Source: Selaginella moellendorffii
Taxonomy: Eukaryota > Plantae > Lycopodiophyta
Direction: 5' to 3'
Length of the DNA stretch: 64,000 bases
NCBI RefSeq assembly: GCF_000143415.4
Contig: NW_003314338.1
Coordinates: 838,771 to 902,770 of the forward strand
A program made the position numbers and the translations under genes. Below the pieces are notes generated by a model, which saw nothing but the letters and a program-made list of their open reading frames with translations, did not search any database and was not told the origin of the DNA. Positions 49,144 to 62,400 of this stretch are shown piece after piece. Numbering within the stretch: the first letter of the stretch is position 1; each line of letters begins with the position of its first letter.

Positions 49144-52100
49144 GCCTCCCGTTAAACACCATCCTGATTCACTCTCTCTCCGCTTACCTGGCGATGACGT
49201 GGCATCAGCCCTCCTTTTTGTTTTATCTCCAGCGCACTCCCTCTCCCGTCCGTCGCCGCTGCACACTCCCGCCCGCGGCTATCGCCCGCCCGCTCGCCCT
49301 CACGGCTCCCGCCCGCACTCCCACCCGCCCCCGCACGTCCGCCCGCGCCCAGCGTGCGCCCTAAAATTACTTCCACGTGGCCACAGCCCCAACACTTACC
49401 CAAATTTCAATCAGCGCGCGCGTGGACGCCTTTCTACGTGCTTTACGTGGCCAATGAGTGTCATGGATGACCATTAGGAGTGGTAAACTTATGAAATCTT
49501 CTCGCTAATTTAAATATATTGCAATGTAAGTATATAAAGAGTTTGTTTTTTTTATTTATTCTTTGCTAAGATTGAGTTTTTCGTTTAAAGAGCTTTTCTT
49601 TCTTGTCTTCCTCTACCTAGTAAAAGGAGTTGCTTTTGGACTACTAGAAGCTTTTCTTTTACCTGTAATTCTTTCCACCAAAGGTTTTGCTCGCTTCAAG
49701 GATGTACCATAACTATCAACACGTTGTTGAAATTCTGCTGTAGGATGAATAAGATTGTCTGGCCTGGCTTTAAAAGTTGCAACCTTCTGCTATATCATTT
49801 TTAAATTATTGTCAACCATAGATAAAAAAGCTTTTTTATCAGGAAGATCTTGTAAGATATCCATCATCTTTTGTTGTAATGTTGTTTTTGTAACTTTTGA
49901 TGGAGTGATATCTTCCTGCTTAAAGTTCATATCAATATTTAAAATTTATTTAGTGTAAATTACCTCTATAGTAGTCCTTAGCTGAATTTCTTGTTGATGC
50001 TGTATATTTTGATGGATATCTTCCTGCTCAATATTCATATATATTAGTATATAAAATATGTTAGTTTACCTCTAATGTAGTCTCCAATTGAATTTCTTGC
50101 TCATGATAAACATCTTGATGGATGTTTTCCTGCTTAAATTTTTATAAGTATTTCAAAATTTTAATTAATAAGCGAATTACCTTTGTCATAGCTTCCAAGT
50201 CAAGTGCTTCAAAATCTTGATGACGATAAAATAAATCATCTGGCCCAGGTTCTAAGATTGCATGCGATTGTGATGGTTGAACCTCATAACTAGTTGTAAT
50301 TCAATTGGTTTTTTCTCCTTGTTTTAACATAATAACTTTTGCTTGATGCTTGCAAAAGTTTCTTTTGGTTGCCCATGGACAATTACACCAAGTCGGAAAA
50401 GCTCAATCACTGTGTCTTTCACCTCCGACAACAAGATACCATATAGTTGGATCTGAAGAGGATTGTACATAGGATTTGTGAGTATTGTCCTTATCGAATT
50501 TTACTTGAGAGTCGTTAATATTTCTTGCTTTAACAATCGCACCATCGATTAGTTTTTCATATGCATGGTTTCGGATAAAACCATGATCTTTGCAATAAGT
50601 AGTAAACCAGTACCTCGCATGAACCTTAGTAGTAAGTTGATGAATTGCCCAATCCATCCTTCGATTGCGACCATGTTTTTTTTCGGACGAGAATATAGCT
50701 TTCATATTTGCATGGAATGCCTCAATCGAACTATTTGTCTCCTTGTTAGCATGAGGGAAATTTTGAGTAGCAACAACCCACATATCTATCAAATATAAAT
50801 TAAAATAAATTATAAAAATTAAATTATTGATTCACTTACCAACTTTGTCTTTCCATTCGTCTTAAAAATACTTGATAAAGGCTACTTCATTTTGAAAATC
50901 CACCTCAAAATGTTCAATAAGTTGTTTAATCTCAGCTTGCATAATATTATCATCATGAAAAGCTGCATGAATTGAATCTTCTGCAGATTTGTTATCTTCC
51001 AAATACGTACACTCTGTGCGTCATTCTAATGTAATCGATAAGTGAAAGGAATCTTATGTTTGAGCCAATTCCTCCTTACATGCCAAATACATAATAGAAT
51101 TTGACAATCAAATGTAGCTCTATATAGAAGAAAACAATTAAATTATTTCATATCAAATTAATTATCTTATAGCATTAATCTCTGCTTCAGCATCATCAAT
51201 CATTATCGCCCGTGGTTTCCAGTTTGGCATATGTTCTAAAACTCGTTTTTTAAGAGCTATCATCCAATTCTTCATATGTTCTCCTTTCTCACTAGAAGTT
51301 AAAACCCATGCAATTGGAATACCATTTCCATGATAATCAAAAGAAAGTATGGTGTATAATGGGAACTGTAAATTATTAAGTATTAATCACTTAAAACTGA
51401 ATGAAAATATTACCTTATAGCGATTAGTTCCAAAAGTTGCGTCAAGACTCAATAAATTATTATTTGAAAAGTCCAAAATCCACCTCAAAATGTCCAATAA
51501 GTTGTTTAATTTAAGTTTGCATAATATTATCTTCATGAAAAGCTGAATGAATGAAACTTTCTCGGGATTTGTGTTCTTCCAAATACGTACACTCTGTGCG
51601 TCATTCTCATGTAATCGATAAGTTGAAAGTGAATACTTCCTATGCAAATTGTTGATATCCTGCATAGTTAGAAAATCATCTCGATGAGGAGGTTCACCAG
51701 CTGACTTGTTCCTTTCCACAATCTGTATATGCTCATTATAAATCTGATTTGATGTGAAATCCTGCTGAATCATATGAATCACCCAATGTCGAATATCTGC
51801 TGAAAGCTTCTGAGGAAATGATGACTTTCCCCCAGTCGGATCAAGTTGACCATGACAAGGAATCCCATTCTTATCACAATGTTCTCTATGATAATATGTA
51901 ATCTGCACATAATCAGGCCATTTGTAAAACTATTTGACCAAAAAATTGCAAAAGCAACCCCGCTTATTAGAACTTCGACCTAGTCTACTTCCAAATTCTG
52001 ACTTTGGTGTAGATTCAGCAACTATAATAGAGGATGTTTCACGAGCATCTTGTTTTCCATATTCACACCAATACCTGTATCATGAAGTTAGTAATTATAT

Positions 52101-52817
52101 TTTGTTAAAAAGATATACCTGATTAATGATAAAAAGCTTGTGTTTTTGGGTCATTTCAAATCTCCAGGATCACGATTTTTATTAGAAAATCGCCAAAAAT
52201 CCACTCCATCACCCCTTCTCCTTTCACCATCTAGAAACTTGTTCACATCCTTCTGTAATATATACACAATAGGAGCTATAGTTTCATTTGATTTAGACAA
52301 ATTCCAATCTAAATCATCTGCACAAAAATAATCCTTTTCATGGAATTCTTGCACCTCATCAAGCCATGGGGGATCCTAAATGATTTTCTTGAATCAATAT
52401 GAAATTGAATTGATTGCTTACCTCTGGAAATTGATGTGCTGCTGCCATGCCCGATCATAAAAGAAACAGAAACGTTTTTAGGTCAATTATGGGGCAACCA
52501 TCGGGCATGAATGGGTGGACCAGGGCGTGTTGATTGAAATTTGGCTAAGTGTTGGGGCTGTGGCCACGTGGAAGTAATTTTAGGGCGCACGCTGGGCGCC
52601 GGCGGACATGCGGGGGCTGGTGGGAGTGCGGGCGGGAGCCATGAGGGCGAGCGGGCGGACGGGAGCCACAGGCGGGCGATAGCCGTGGGCGGGAGTGTGC
52701 AGCGGCGACGGATGGGAGAGGGAGTGCGCTGGAGATAAAACAAAAACGAGGGCTGATGCCACATCATCACCAGGTAAGTGGAGAGAGAGTGAATCAGGAT
52801 GGTGTTTAACGGGAGGC
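49144..52817 (-). mobile_element. Mutator-like DNA transposon (MULE) with long TIRs and a decayed MULE/SWIM transposase
   Basis: ~270-290 bp GC-rich inverted termini (gcctcccgttaaacacc...); 9-bp TSD acaacacac / acaacgcac; LDATFGTN; GIPIAW; MIDD.EAE; LCIWHV; ETNSSIEAFH; SWIM CNCPW...CKH. Confidence 0.93.
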
Positions 52818-53709
52818 ACAACGCACAATTGAGTATGTGTATTATAAATTTTTCATGGGACATGTGTATAAATCCATAGACAATCCACAGGATTGCCTAA
52901 GACATGCAGATACTTGAGGATTGCCATATGTCATATTACATTGAGTGCTAAAATGTTTAAAAAAATGATATATGGATAGAGCTACCACAATTCTTCTTTC
53001 TTGATAACAAAATTGTGCCTATGTTACTGTAATTGCTGTCAAAAGGTATGGTGATCAAGGTTTAAGAGAGTACAATTTGTGGAGAAAGCAAAGCAAGAAT
53101 TTTTTAAAGATAAAGTTTAGTTTAAAGTGATCTTTCCAACCTCTTAAACAAGAAATTATGTCTCTCAAAAAACTTAAACCTTGTAAGCCATACCTAAAAT
53201 GCAAGGTATGATATAGAGGTTGTCCATGCCCATGCATCATGTCAATGCAATGTTTATAAGAAACAAATTTGTATAATTTCCATATGGTGTTATGTTCATG
53301 TTAGGCGCAAGTTTTGACCACGTGGTCAACTTCGGTCGGGAAGCTCAAGAGTATATATTAAAGCATGTTAGGGTAAAGAATTTAATTTACCCTAAGGCTC
53401 ATAGTGCACAATGGAGCTTTTGAGGTAGTTTAAGAGTGGTTGGGTGGTAAAGAACTTCAAGAGGAGGCATAATATAATTTAGGGAGATTAAATCTTTATT
53501 TTTTTGCACCAGATCATAAAATTGGTATTAGAAAAATTGGTTGTGATGGCCAATTGGAATCCTTTGTTGATGGTGGTGCCAATGATGGTGCTGATGGAGG
53601 TGCGAAGGTTTGGACCATTCAAGATATTGTTCATGAGTTGCGAGCCTTTAATTAAAATTAGCAAGAGATGCAAAACGAGATGCATGGCATGATGGGTAAG
53701 TGTGTTAAA

Positions 53710-56104
53710 TGTAATGCACTTGTATTTGGAGTCAAATTCCAAGCCCGCTGCATTACAAAACGAGGGTCTAGTATAATCCCACGAGCACCAGCTCCCCTTA
53801 TCCTGCATGCAAAATGGTGTCAGATGGAGTTTGGCACAATTTTAGCATACTGGTGGCTTAACACAAGGAGGGTACCCCACCAACTAGAGCAGCATAGAGT
53901 TTGGGCTTAGACCTAAGTTGGACGCAGAACAAAGAGCAACACAGCCTAGTGGGAGCCAAATTAATGTCTTAGGTGGTCAAATATGCATTCCAACTACTAT
54001 CCCTACTATACATTTGAAACCCCCCATAGCCCCCTCTTTGAGGAACACACACTTTGGGATTTCACCCCAAGCCTCCCTTAGTACCAGGAGTTAGTCTCTA
54101 AGACAAGCTCAAAATTTACTAAATATGTAATATCCCTAAATTGCAAATTTGGACACGGGATAAACACCATACCAATCTTTACATTCCATAAATATGCCAA
54201 ATGAGTGAATCTAGACACTTTCCATAAATAGCATTTGAAACCGAAATGAGACTAACACAAAGGGCATGATAGTAAAGGTGTTTGGTAGACACGGTAAACT
54301 ATCATCCAGCAATATTGAGGGACTAATCTCAATACGCGAGGGTTCTTATCACTAGCCAGTGCAAGACATAACGAGACGGGAACTCCTTACCGGGCTAAGT
54401 ATGTTTAGGTAATAGCACGTAGGAATTCCATTCTTATGCTCGTCAGGTCTAAGTACACTCAAAATGCCTAGTTAACTCCACTAGCACAAGAGGGGCTACC
54501 CAAGGGATTTAACTGTACCGACCTCCTACCATTATGGCAGTAAGGAAAGAGTGTCTATAAGGACTGACTGACAAGTATCTTTCGATACCCGAAGTCACAT
54601 TCGCAACACTCTCCCCCCTTGCGAAAGATCGACGTCCTTGTTGATGCATACCCGAGTCTAACAAACCGTCAAGGAAATAACTCTGAAAGTTAATGGAAAG
54701 CACACTATGTGGGAAACACACTGACTTAAATGAATTATGGAATGACCTCTCCTCTACATCCAAAGACGTTAAGACTCAAACACCCTCCGGCCGTCACCAA
54801 TAAGAAAATGACTAACAGAGTTAGCCACCCTTGCTGCTCTAAGTACCACTCGGCTCACAAAGGAATGATACATCCCTGCCCACAGGGACATAGGGAGAAG
54901 GCCAAAGGCCCAACTTCCCCTGAGCAAGAAATCAACCCCATCGGGAAGATTTAGACAACTATTATAAACCGGCAGATTAAGTTGTTTACACGACTATGCC
55001 TTTTTTCAAAAATGGGTCATCGAGAAAGAGATAGAGATTTGTGATCAGTCTATAATAATTATCCCCATGGCTATGGATTGGACCCATGCACTGAAGTGTG
55101 AAGTCAGGTTACTAAAATTGACCCAAGTACAAATGAACGAGAGAAATGAAACTTTTGATTTATAGAAATATATTACTTTAATAATTTGCAAGATTTATTA
55201 CAAGATTTACAAGATTTAAGCTAGTCTTTATTACAATTCTCATACTCGGTGACAAGCTCACGAGCATGTGTAAGATTCCTAAGAGGTTCCCAAGTTGATT
55301 CACAAGTCAAGTAACCTTTCCAGTTAATGAGATATTCCTTCACACGAGCCCATCTCCAAAACTGGGAATCCAAGATAGTTTCAACTTTGTATTCTAGTTC
55401 ACCGTCCACAATGTCTGGTGGCAGATGAATCTCCCCGTGTTGCACAACATCCATAATGTAAGGAGCTGATAGATTGGCATGAAATACATTATGAATATTA
55501 GACATCTCTGCAAGAAGATCTAACCAATAGGATACATCACTGATTCATTTCAACACCTAATAGGGTCCAACATGTCTCAGTAATAGCTTTCGAGATAAAA
55601 ATCCCTTAATGTTCAAATTCCGGGAAGATAGCCATACCTAGTCCCCCACTTGATAGGATACATCCCAATGATGCTGATCCTTATTACATCAATACCTATC
55701 ATGAGCTTTACCCATCACCTCAGTAGCTCTAGACCAACTTTGGCATAGCTGCTCCGCATAAGTCTCAACGTTGGGACTAACACTTCGGGCATTAATTTTG
55801 GTACAACAATCTATTGAGGCACCCCACGAGCATTCCCTTGCAACATCTCCCATGGAGAACAGTCAATAGCACTGTGAAATGTGTTGTTATAACAAATTTC
55901 TACTGTATCCAAATGCTCAACCTAGTCGCATTGGTTTGCCGCGACATAGTACCACAAATAATCCTCAACTTGAGTATTCACGCGTTCAATCTGCCCATCA
56001 ATTTGAGGATGATAAACCATACTAAACCTCAACTTGGTACCAAACATTTGGAATAATGTGCCCCAAAACTTCCCCGTAAACCTCGAATCTCTATCCAAGA
56101 TAAT
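53710..56104 (-). mobile_element. 3' part of a Ty3/gypsy chromovirus: integrase C-half, chromodomain, PPT and 3' LTR (53710-54608)
   Basis: DRDSRFTGKFW; YHPQIDGQIERVN; chromodomain YKVETILD...EYLINWKGY...STWEP; PPT aaggggggagag (54609-54620); LTR TG...CA homologous to 59431-60348. Confidence 0.9.
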
Positions 56105-57769
56105 CAGGTAAGTGGCATTGAAGCCTCTATCCAAGGCATTTCACGAATCCCTCAGCTCCTCATGCCTAGAGTTATCCCCATCGTTCTTGAGCTCCCAGTA
56201 GATCACGTAGTGTGGACGTTCCTTGGTAGTGAAATCAGCGCAGCTGGTGAAGTTTGCAATCTCCAGGGGACTGGCACTGCCCATGACAACCTTTTGGAGT
56301 TCTTGTTCGTCAACCTTCTCCACATTGATGCTCAGCACGGCGTTCTTGCGATAGGAGAAAGCGACGATGGGCGACTCGTGGTGGAATCCGGTCACTTTGA
56401 CAACATCTCCAATTCTGTAGCGATACAATCCTAGAAGAGATAACAGAAAAGAAACGATCTTTGCATGAACAAAGAAAGGCTGACCTTCAAACGTAGTCAC
56501 CACAAGTTCATACTGCTTTCCCACTTGAAGGTCCTTAAAACCAAGAGTCTCTCCTTTCTGATGATCAGGAACTTCTTCCGGATCGACTGGAATGAACTTG
56601 AAGAACATAGTGTAGGGGATGAGCGTGAAAACAACTTCCTCCGGGGGAGTGGCAGGCCGCATATTGATTCCAAGGTAACCCTCCGACGCAGAGTAGTTGA
56701 ATCCCACAATCGCCAACTTATCTCCAGCGTACTTCTTGAGCACAGGAATGTAAGGTTCCATGGCACCAGTTACAACCGTGTGCACGTATTTGGCTCTCGG
56801 CCAAAGCAGCGGAAGCAAACCAGACCATCTCGATTCTGTGCCTGCGACAAAGATCTCCGAGATCTCCCTTGCAACTTGCGACGAATCCTTACCTCTGAGC
56901 TCGCGCTCCATGAGCTTCAAGACCGGCACCCTGAGCTTTTCATCTTTGACCTTGCTCTCGCTCACACGCCGAGCGGATATGTCCTCGCATAGAATCTTCC
57001 AGTCGCTCTCGAGAAGCCTGAACGCCTCACTGAGCGTGTAGGCAAAGGCTGCGTGGATGAACTCAATCTTGTGGCGCTGGACGAGGCCGCAGAGTAAGTG
57101 GCAGTAAGTCGTTTGCTGCCAATCCGATCCGGCAAGCAGCGCCTCGTACGGAGTGGCGAGAGTTTCCGCCTCTTGGTTGTACGCTTCGCTCTTGTAGTAG
57201 TTTGTTGATCCGGCTCCTAGTAACAGGCCAGACTTGGCCCTATACTGTTCTCCGGAATACACAAAGTGCAGTCCAATGGGCTTGGTGCTCTCCAGCGGGA
57301 AGATTCTGGCAAAGATCCGGTCAAGCTTATATGCACTAACATAGATTCTTACTCGTCTCTATAAGCATTCGAGGATGCGTAAGCTCTGGCTAGCAAAGAG
57401 TATCCACAGTTTGTCTGCGGTAAGATCTTATGCTTGCCAGACGACGTCCCTGAGCTGGATTCATGGCGAGCATTCGAAACATTAACTAAAGATAGGAAGA
57501 GAATATAAAAGATCGTACCTAAATGAAAAGTATAGAATCGGATCGCAGCCCAAGAGGAGGTGAGAAGTTCCATGATCAGCTATCTGTTGGAGTTCTGGAG
57601 AAATGTTGTCGTAGGAGATGATTGGAAGCTGAGCCTTGAAGGATTTCAAACACAGGGGCTGCCCGAACCTTTGTAGATAGTGGCAGCTGCCATTTCTCTG
57701 CAAAATTTGGACGAGTGCCTCCTCCTGGGCTTGCACCGCATTCTTGCACACAGCCTCAAAGTCCTCCAT
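56105..57769 (-). pseudogene. GH3 duplicate, 3'-truncated
   Basis: Near-identical to 47355-49018. TGC to TGA stop at 56141-56143; the sequence is replaced by retroelement DNA below ~56104. Confidence 0.88.
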
Positions 57770-59430
57770 GAGAATAACGTGGCTTCAGTGCCAATGCCTA
57801 GTTTGTTTAAAAAAAGCTAGCAGATGAGGCACGTGTTTGACTTTGTTATCCTTTATTTACAACACACAATTGATTAAATTTTTTGTATGGGACATGCCAC
57901 ATGTAAACCCATGGACTGACATGCAGATACTTGAGGATTGCCATATGTCATATTACAATTGAGTGCCAAATTTTAAAAAATATCTCCTTTCTTGCTTTTC
58001 TCCACAAATTGTACTCTCTTAAACCTTGAGCATCATACCTTTTGACAGCAATTACAGTAACATAGACAAGGCGATCAAAGCAAGAAAATAACCTTTTTTT
58101 AGATAAATTTTCTACTTCGTGTTCTATAAGGGGCTGGGACAGCCTCCTATAGTAGAGCTCTTCTAGACTAAAGCATAGAATGTGTTTTCGAGATCCTCCA
58201 AGGTTTTTTTTCATCTAGAAAGGCAGTAGAATTCCTAGGATTCACATAGCCAAAAGCTTGGTAAGCTTGCACTGCTAGGGTTTCCTTGGAGAAGTGGCTG
58301 AAGGATTTGAATAAAATATGGATCTCTTGCTCTGGACGGGGCTATGGGAGAGGGAATGGGGGTGCAATCAGGCCAATTCTCTTCTGGAGGTCATTTTCTA
58401 ATCTTCACGGAATGCTGGGAGAAGAAGTGCAATTTTCACAAAACGATTAAGCTCTAGATACTGAAGGACAAGTGTTTCAACTCCTTGATGAAGCTACTTC
58501 ACATTGCCTGGCCTAAGATGAAAGTGTGCAGGCTCTATGATGCACATTTGTTCTTGTTTATCTTCTTTAGCCCCTCCAGTTTTAAATAGTTTAAAGTAAT
58601 TTCTCAGCCTCCTAAACGAGAAATTATGTCTCTCAAAACTTAAACCTTGTAAGTCATAACTAGAATGCAAGGTATGATGTAGAGGAAGGTGGGTTGTCTG
58701 TTTAATGCAATGTCTGTAAGAAACAAACTTGTACAATTTCCACATAACATTATGTTCATGAAAGCAAAATGCTTGCCTAAGCAACAGAAAATATCCTTCT
58801 CACAAGCTTTTTCTAGTCACTGTGTCAAACTTGCAAAGATGTGTGCAAAAATGAGCTCTTGTATTCCCTATACCTTAGAGTAAAGGATATTAAAAGCCCT
58901 AGCAGCAAAGATCATCATACTATATCCTCCCTAGAAGTTGTAAATTAGAGGTATTTTAAAGACCATTGGTAGGCCTTCTCTAGTGGTTTTGTCATTCCAC
59001 ACAACCTGTGTGCATGGTTAACAATCCATGAAGATTTGTGTTATGTATATACCACTATCATATAACATTTCATTTGAAAATAAATGTAGAGATAAAATCC
59101 AAAATATATCATAAAAGAAAGTGCATCCCACAAAAACTACCAAACACTTAAAGATTCTATAGAGCTCTTAGATAGAGTGTGTGTATGGAACAAGCACTCA
59201 CCTTTATATTTGGAAGATGCACAATTTGGAGAATAGTGACAATAAGAGCAATGCTCTTCTAAAAGCCAAAAGCCTTGATGAAACACTTATGATTGCATCA
59301 GTATGACTTATTAGCATATCTTGAGCAATCTATCAAAGTTTACATGTTGGTACATAGTTGTAAGCTTCTAAATTTAGACTTCTTGGGAGTTCACCCAACC
59401 CAGTACTATTCAAACCCAAAGACGCTTAAC

Positions 59431-62400
59431 TGTCGCGAATGTGACTTTGGGTATCGAAAGATACTTGTCGACCGGTCCTTACAGACACTCTTTTCTTACT
59501 GCCATGACGGCATGAGATCGGTACAGTTGGATCCCTTTAGTAACCCCTCTTGTGCTAGTGGAGTTAACTGGGCATTTCGAGTGTACTTAGACCGGACGAG
59601 CATAAGGACGGAATTCTTACGTGCTATTAACTAAGCATACTTAGCCCGGTAAGGAGTTCCCGTCTCGTTATGTCTTGCACTGGCTAGTGACAAGAACCCC
59701 CGCATATTGAGATTGGTCCCTCAATATGGCCGGATGATAGCTTACCGTGTTTGCCAAACACCCTCGCTATCATGCCCTTTGTGTTAGTCTCATTTCGGTC
59801 CCAAATGCTATTTATGGAAAGTGTCTAGATTTGCTCATCTGGCATATCTACGGAATGTAGAGGTCGGCTTGAACACAATGGTGTTCGTCCCGTGTCCAAA
59901 TTCGCAATCTAGCGCCATTCCATATTTAGTAAGTTTCGAGCTTGTCCTAGAGACTAACTCTTGGTACCAAGGGAGGCTTGGGGTGAAAGCCCAAAGCGTG
60001 TGTTCCTCAAGGGGGGGGGCTGTGGGGGGTTCCAAATGTATAGTAGGGATAGTGGTTGGAATGTATGTCCGACCACTTGAGACATTAGTTTGGCTCCCGC
60101 TAGGCTGTGTCGTTCCTTGTTCTGTGTTTGGCTTGGGTCTAAGCCCAAGCTCCATGCTACTCTAGTCGGTGGAGTACCCTCCTCCTCGCGTTAGGCCACC
60201 GGTATGCCAAAATTGTGCCAGACTCCGTCTGACACCATTTTGCATGCAAGTGTTGGATACGGGGAGCTGGTGCTCGTGGGATTGTACCGGACCCTCATTT
60301 TGTAGTGCAACGGGCTTGAAGTTCGGCTCCAAATTCAGGTGCGCTACATTTGGTATCAGAGGACTTGTCTCAGTGATTCCTATCCAACTTTTGTCAGATT
60401 TTCTGACTCAAGTTGTATATGCAGAGACTTTTCTAGTAGATCCGAAGTGACCTGTGTAGAATTAGTTGGATTGCACCATTCAGTAAGAATGTTGTATGCA
60501 TGTTCAGTTACTGATAGAGGCATGCATGCAGCTAGCAGGATGGTGAAGAGGAACCGTGCTGATGACGCTGAAACCTCTAGACGGGCGAATCGAGAGGAGG
60601 AAACTCTTGTTAGAGATGCTGCAGAAGAGGCTGAGGCTGAGTCGGAAGAGGAAGAGCCAAATGCTGCGGCATTGTAGTGTACGGCTCAGGAAGTCGAGAT
60701 CGAGAATTTGCAAAAGGAGATTCGCAAATTGAAGAAGGAGAACAAGAAGAGGAAGAAAGAAGCTGAGGCAGCTAAACCAGCTAAGCCAGCTAAGCCTAAG
60801 CAATCAGACTCCTCTTCAAGTTCTGAGGATGATGAAGTTCTGCAGCCGCCCCCGGTTGCACGAGTTTCAAAGTTCAAGCCCCCAAAACCACCCAACTTCA
60901 GAAGCATGCGGGACTATCAGGTTTTGGAAGACTGGGTCTACGATAAGGAGAACTACTTCATAGTGGCAGACATAGATGATCGTACGAAAGTTGCATGCGC
61001 GCAATCCTTTCTCACCGATCATGCCAAAACTTGGTGGCGCCAAGTGTGTGCTGAAAAAGGGCAGATTAGAAGTTGGACCAAGATGCGGTCTCGTATCCGT
61101 AAGGAATACTTGCCGGATGATCTTGGTCTGAGACTTCGCGCAGAGCTGCGGCGGTTAAAAGCAACGAGGGGATCTCATGCATTACGTTAATGTGTTTGCT
61201 CAGAAGCGCATTATGATTGCAAATATGAGTGACGAAGATGCTCGGAGTTATTTTCTGGAAGGTTTAAGTTCACTTTCTCATAATGAGATTTTGAAGTTTA
61301 AGCCGAAGACGTACCTGGAGTGTAAGGAGGCAGCGCAGCAAATTGCCTTTAGTCACTCACTCATGGAACTATATCAACAACCGTATGCTGGTAATTCGGA
61401 TAAGAATAGGAATTCTGGAAATAAACAAGGTGATCAGAAACAGAGGGTGGAAAGCAGGTTCCGCCCTGGAGGCTCACAAGCAATAGTTAACAAAGGTGGT
61501 GGTGGTTGGAGATCACCAGCAGCTTCTTCTGGTCCTAGGCCCTCTGTTCCTCCTCCTGGTGAGTACAAGCAACAGCAACCTGCAAAACCTACTCCTAGCG
61601 GAACAAGTAGTGTGGGTCATTGCTTCTGTTGTGGAGAGTCGGGACATAGGTCCTCGGAATGTCCCAACAAGCATAAAACAAGATCTCGGGTTAATGTCAT
61701 GAGGGAAGACGGTGGTGGTGAAGCTAAAGGGGTTGACGAGTTGGTCAATGCAGACTATGAGGAAGAAGAGGTAAGTAACTTTCGTTGCTTTCCTCAAGCT
61801 TTTCTTGCAGTCAATGCAAACACTGATCCATTGATGTATCTAGTAGGCTTTGTCCGTGGACACCGAATCCGAGTGATGATTGACACAGGAGCTACGCACA
61901 GCGTGATATCTGAAGACTTAGTTAAGTTGTTAGGATTGAATGCTGAGCAAATGTCACCTATGCACTTCCGGTTTGCAGAAGGTGGGCAAGTAGCTAGAAA
62001 GTTTGTGAGTGATGTTCCAATAAAGATATCCAAGTGGAAAGAAAGAGTGGACTTGGTAGTGTTGAAGATACCAGATTTTCAAATGGTGTTTGGTATGGAC
62101 TTCCTCAACAAATATATAAAAGGGATTTATGGTGCTGGACAAAGTCGTATCACGTTGAAGTCCGAAGGACGACCCGATGTGTCTTTCCAGTTACAAAAGC
62201 GTTCCTCAAAGGATTGGGATGGAAACTTCCTGACTGCGAGGGCCGCTCAAAAAGCAACTAAGAAGGGAGGTCGGACCTTTTGGGTTCAAGTGATGGAAGC
62301 TGAGAGTGTGGGTGACTCTGTTCGAATTAGTGATGGGGTTGATCCTGTACCAAAGAAGATATTGAAGTTGTTGGCGCAGAATCAGGATATCTTCCCGAAG

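Noticed and set aside
49071-49477. Pro/Arg-rich ORFs here and at 52483-52863
   Set aside because: Translations of the GC-rich MULE TIRs.
53705-59430. The two gypsy halves being one element split by an inversion
   Set aside because: The 5-bp flanks do not match (tttaa versus ttaac), the LTRs are visibly diverged, and the right element continues toward its own integrase.
60675-60677. In-frame TAG in gag as programmed readthrough
   Set aside because: The element has other stops and a frameshift, consistent with mutational decay.
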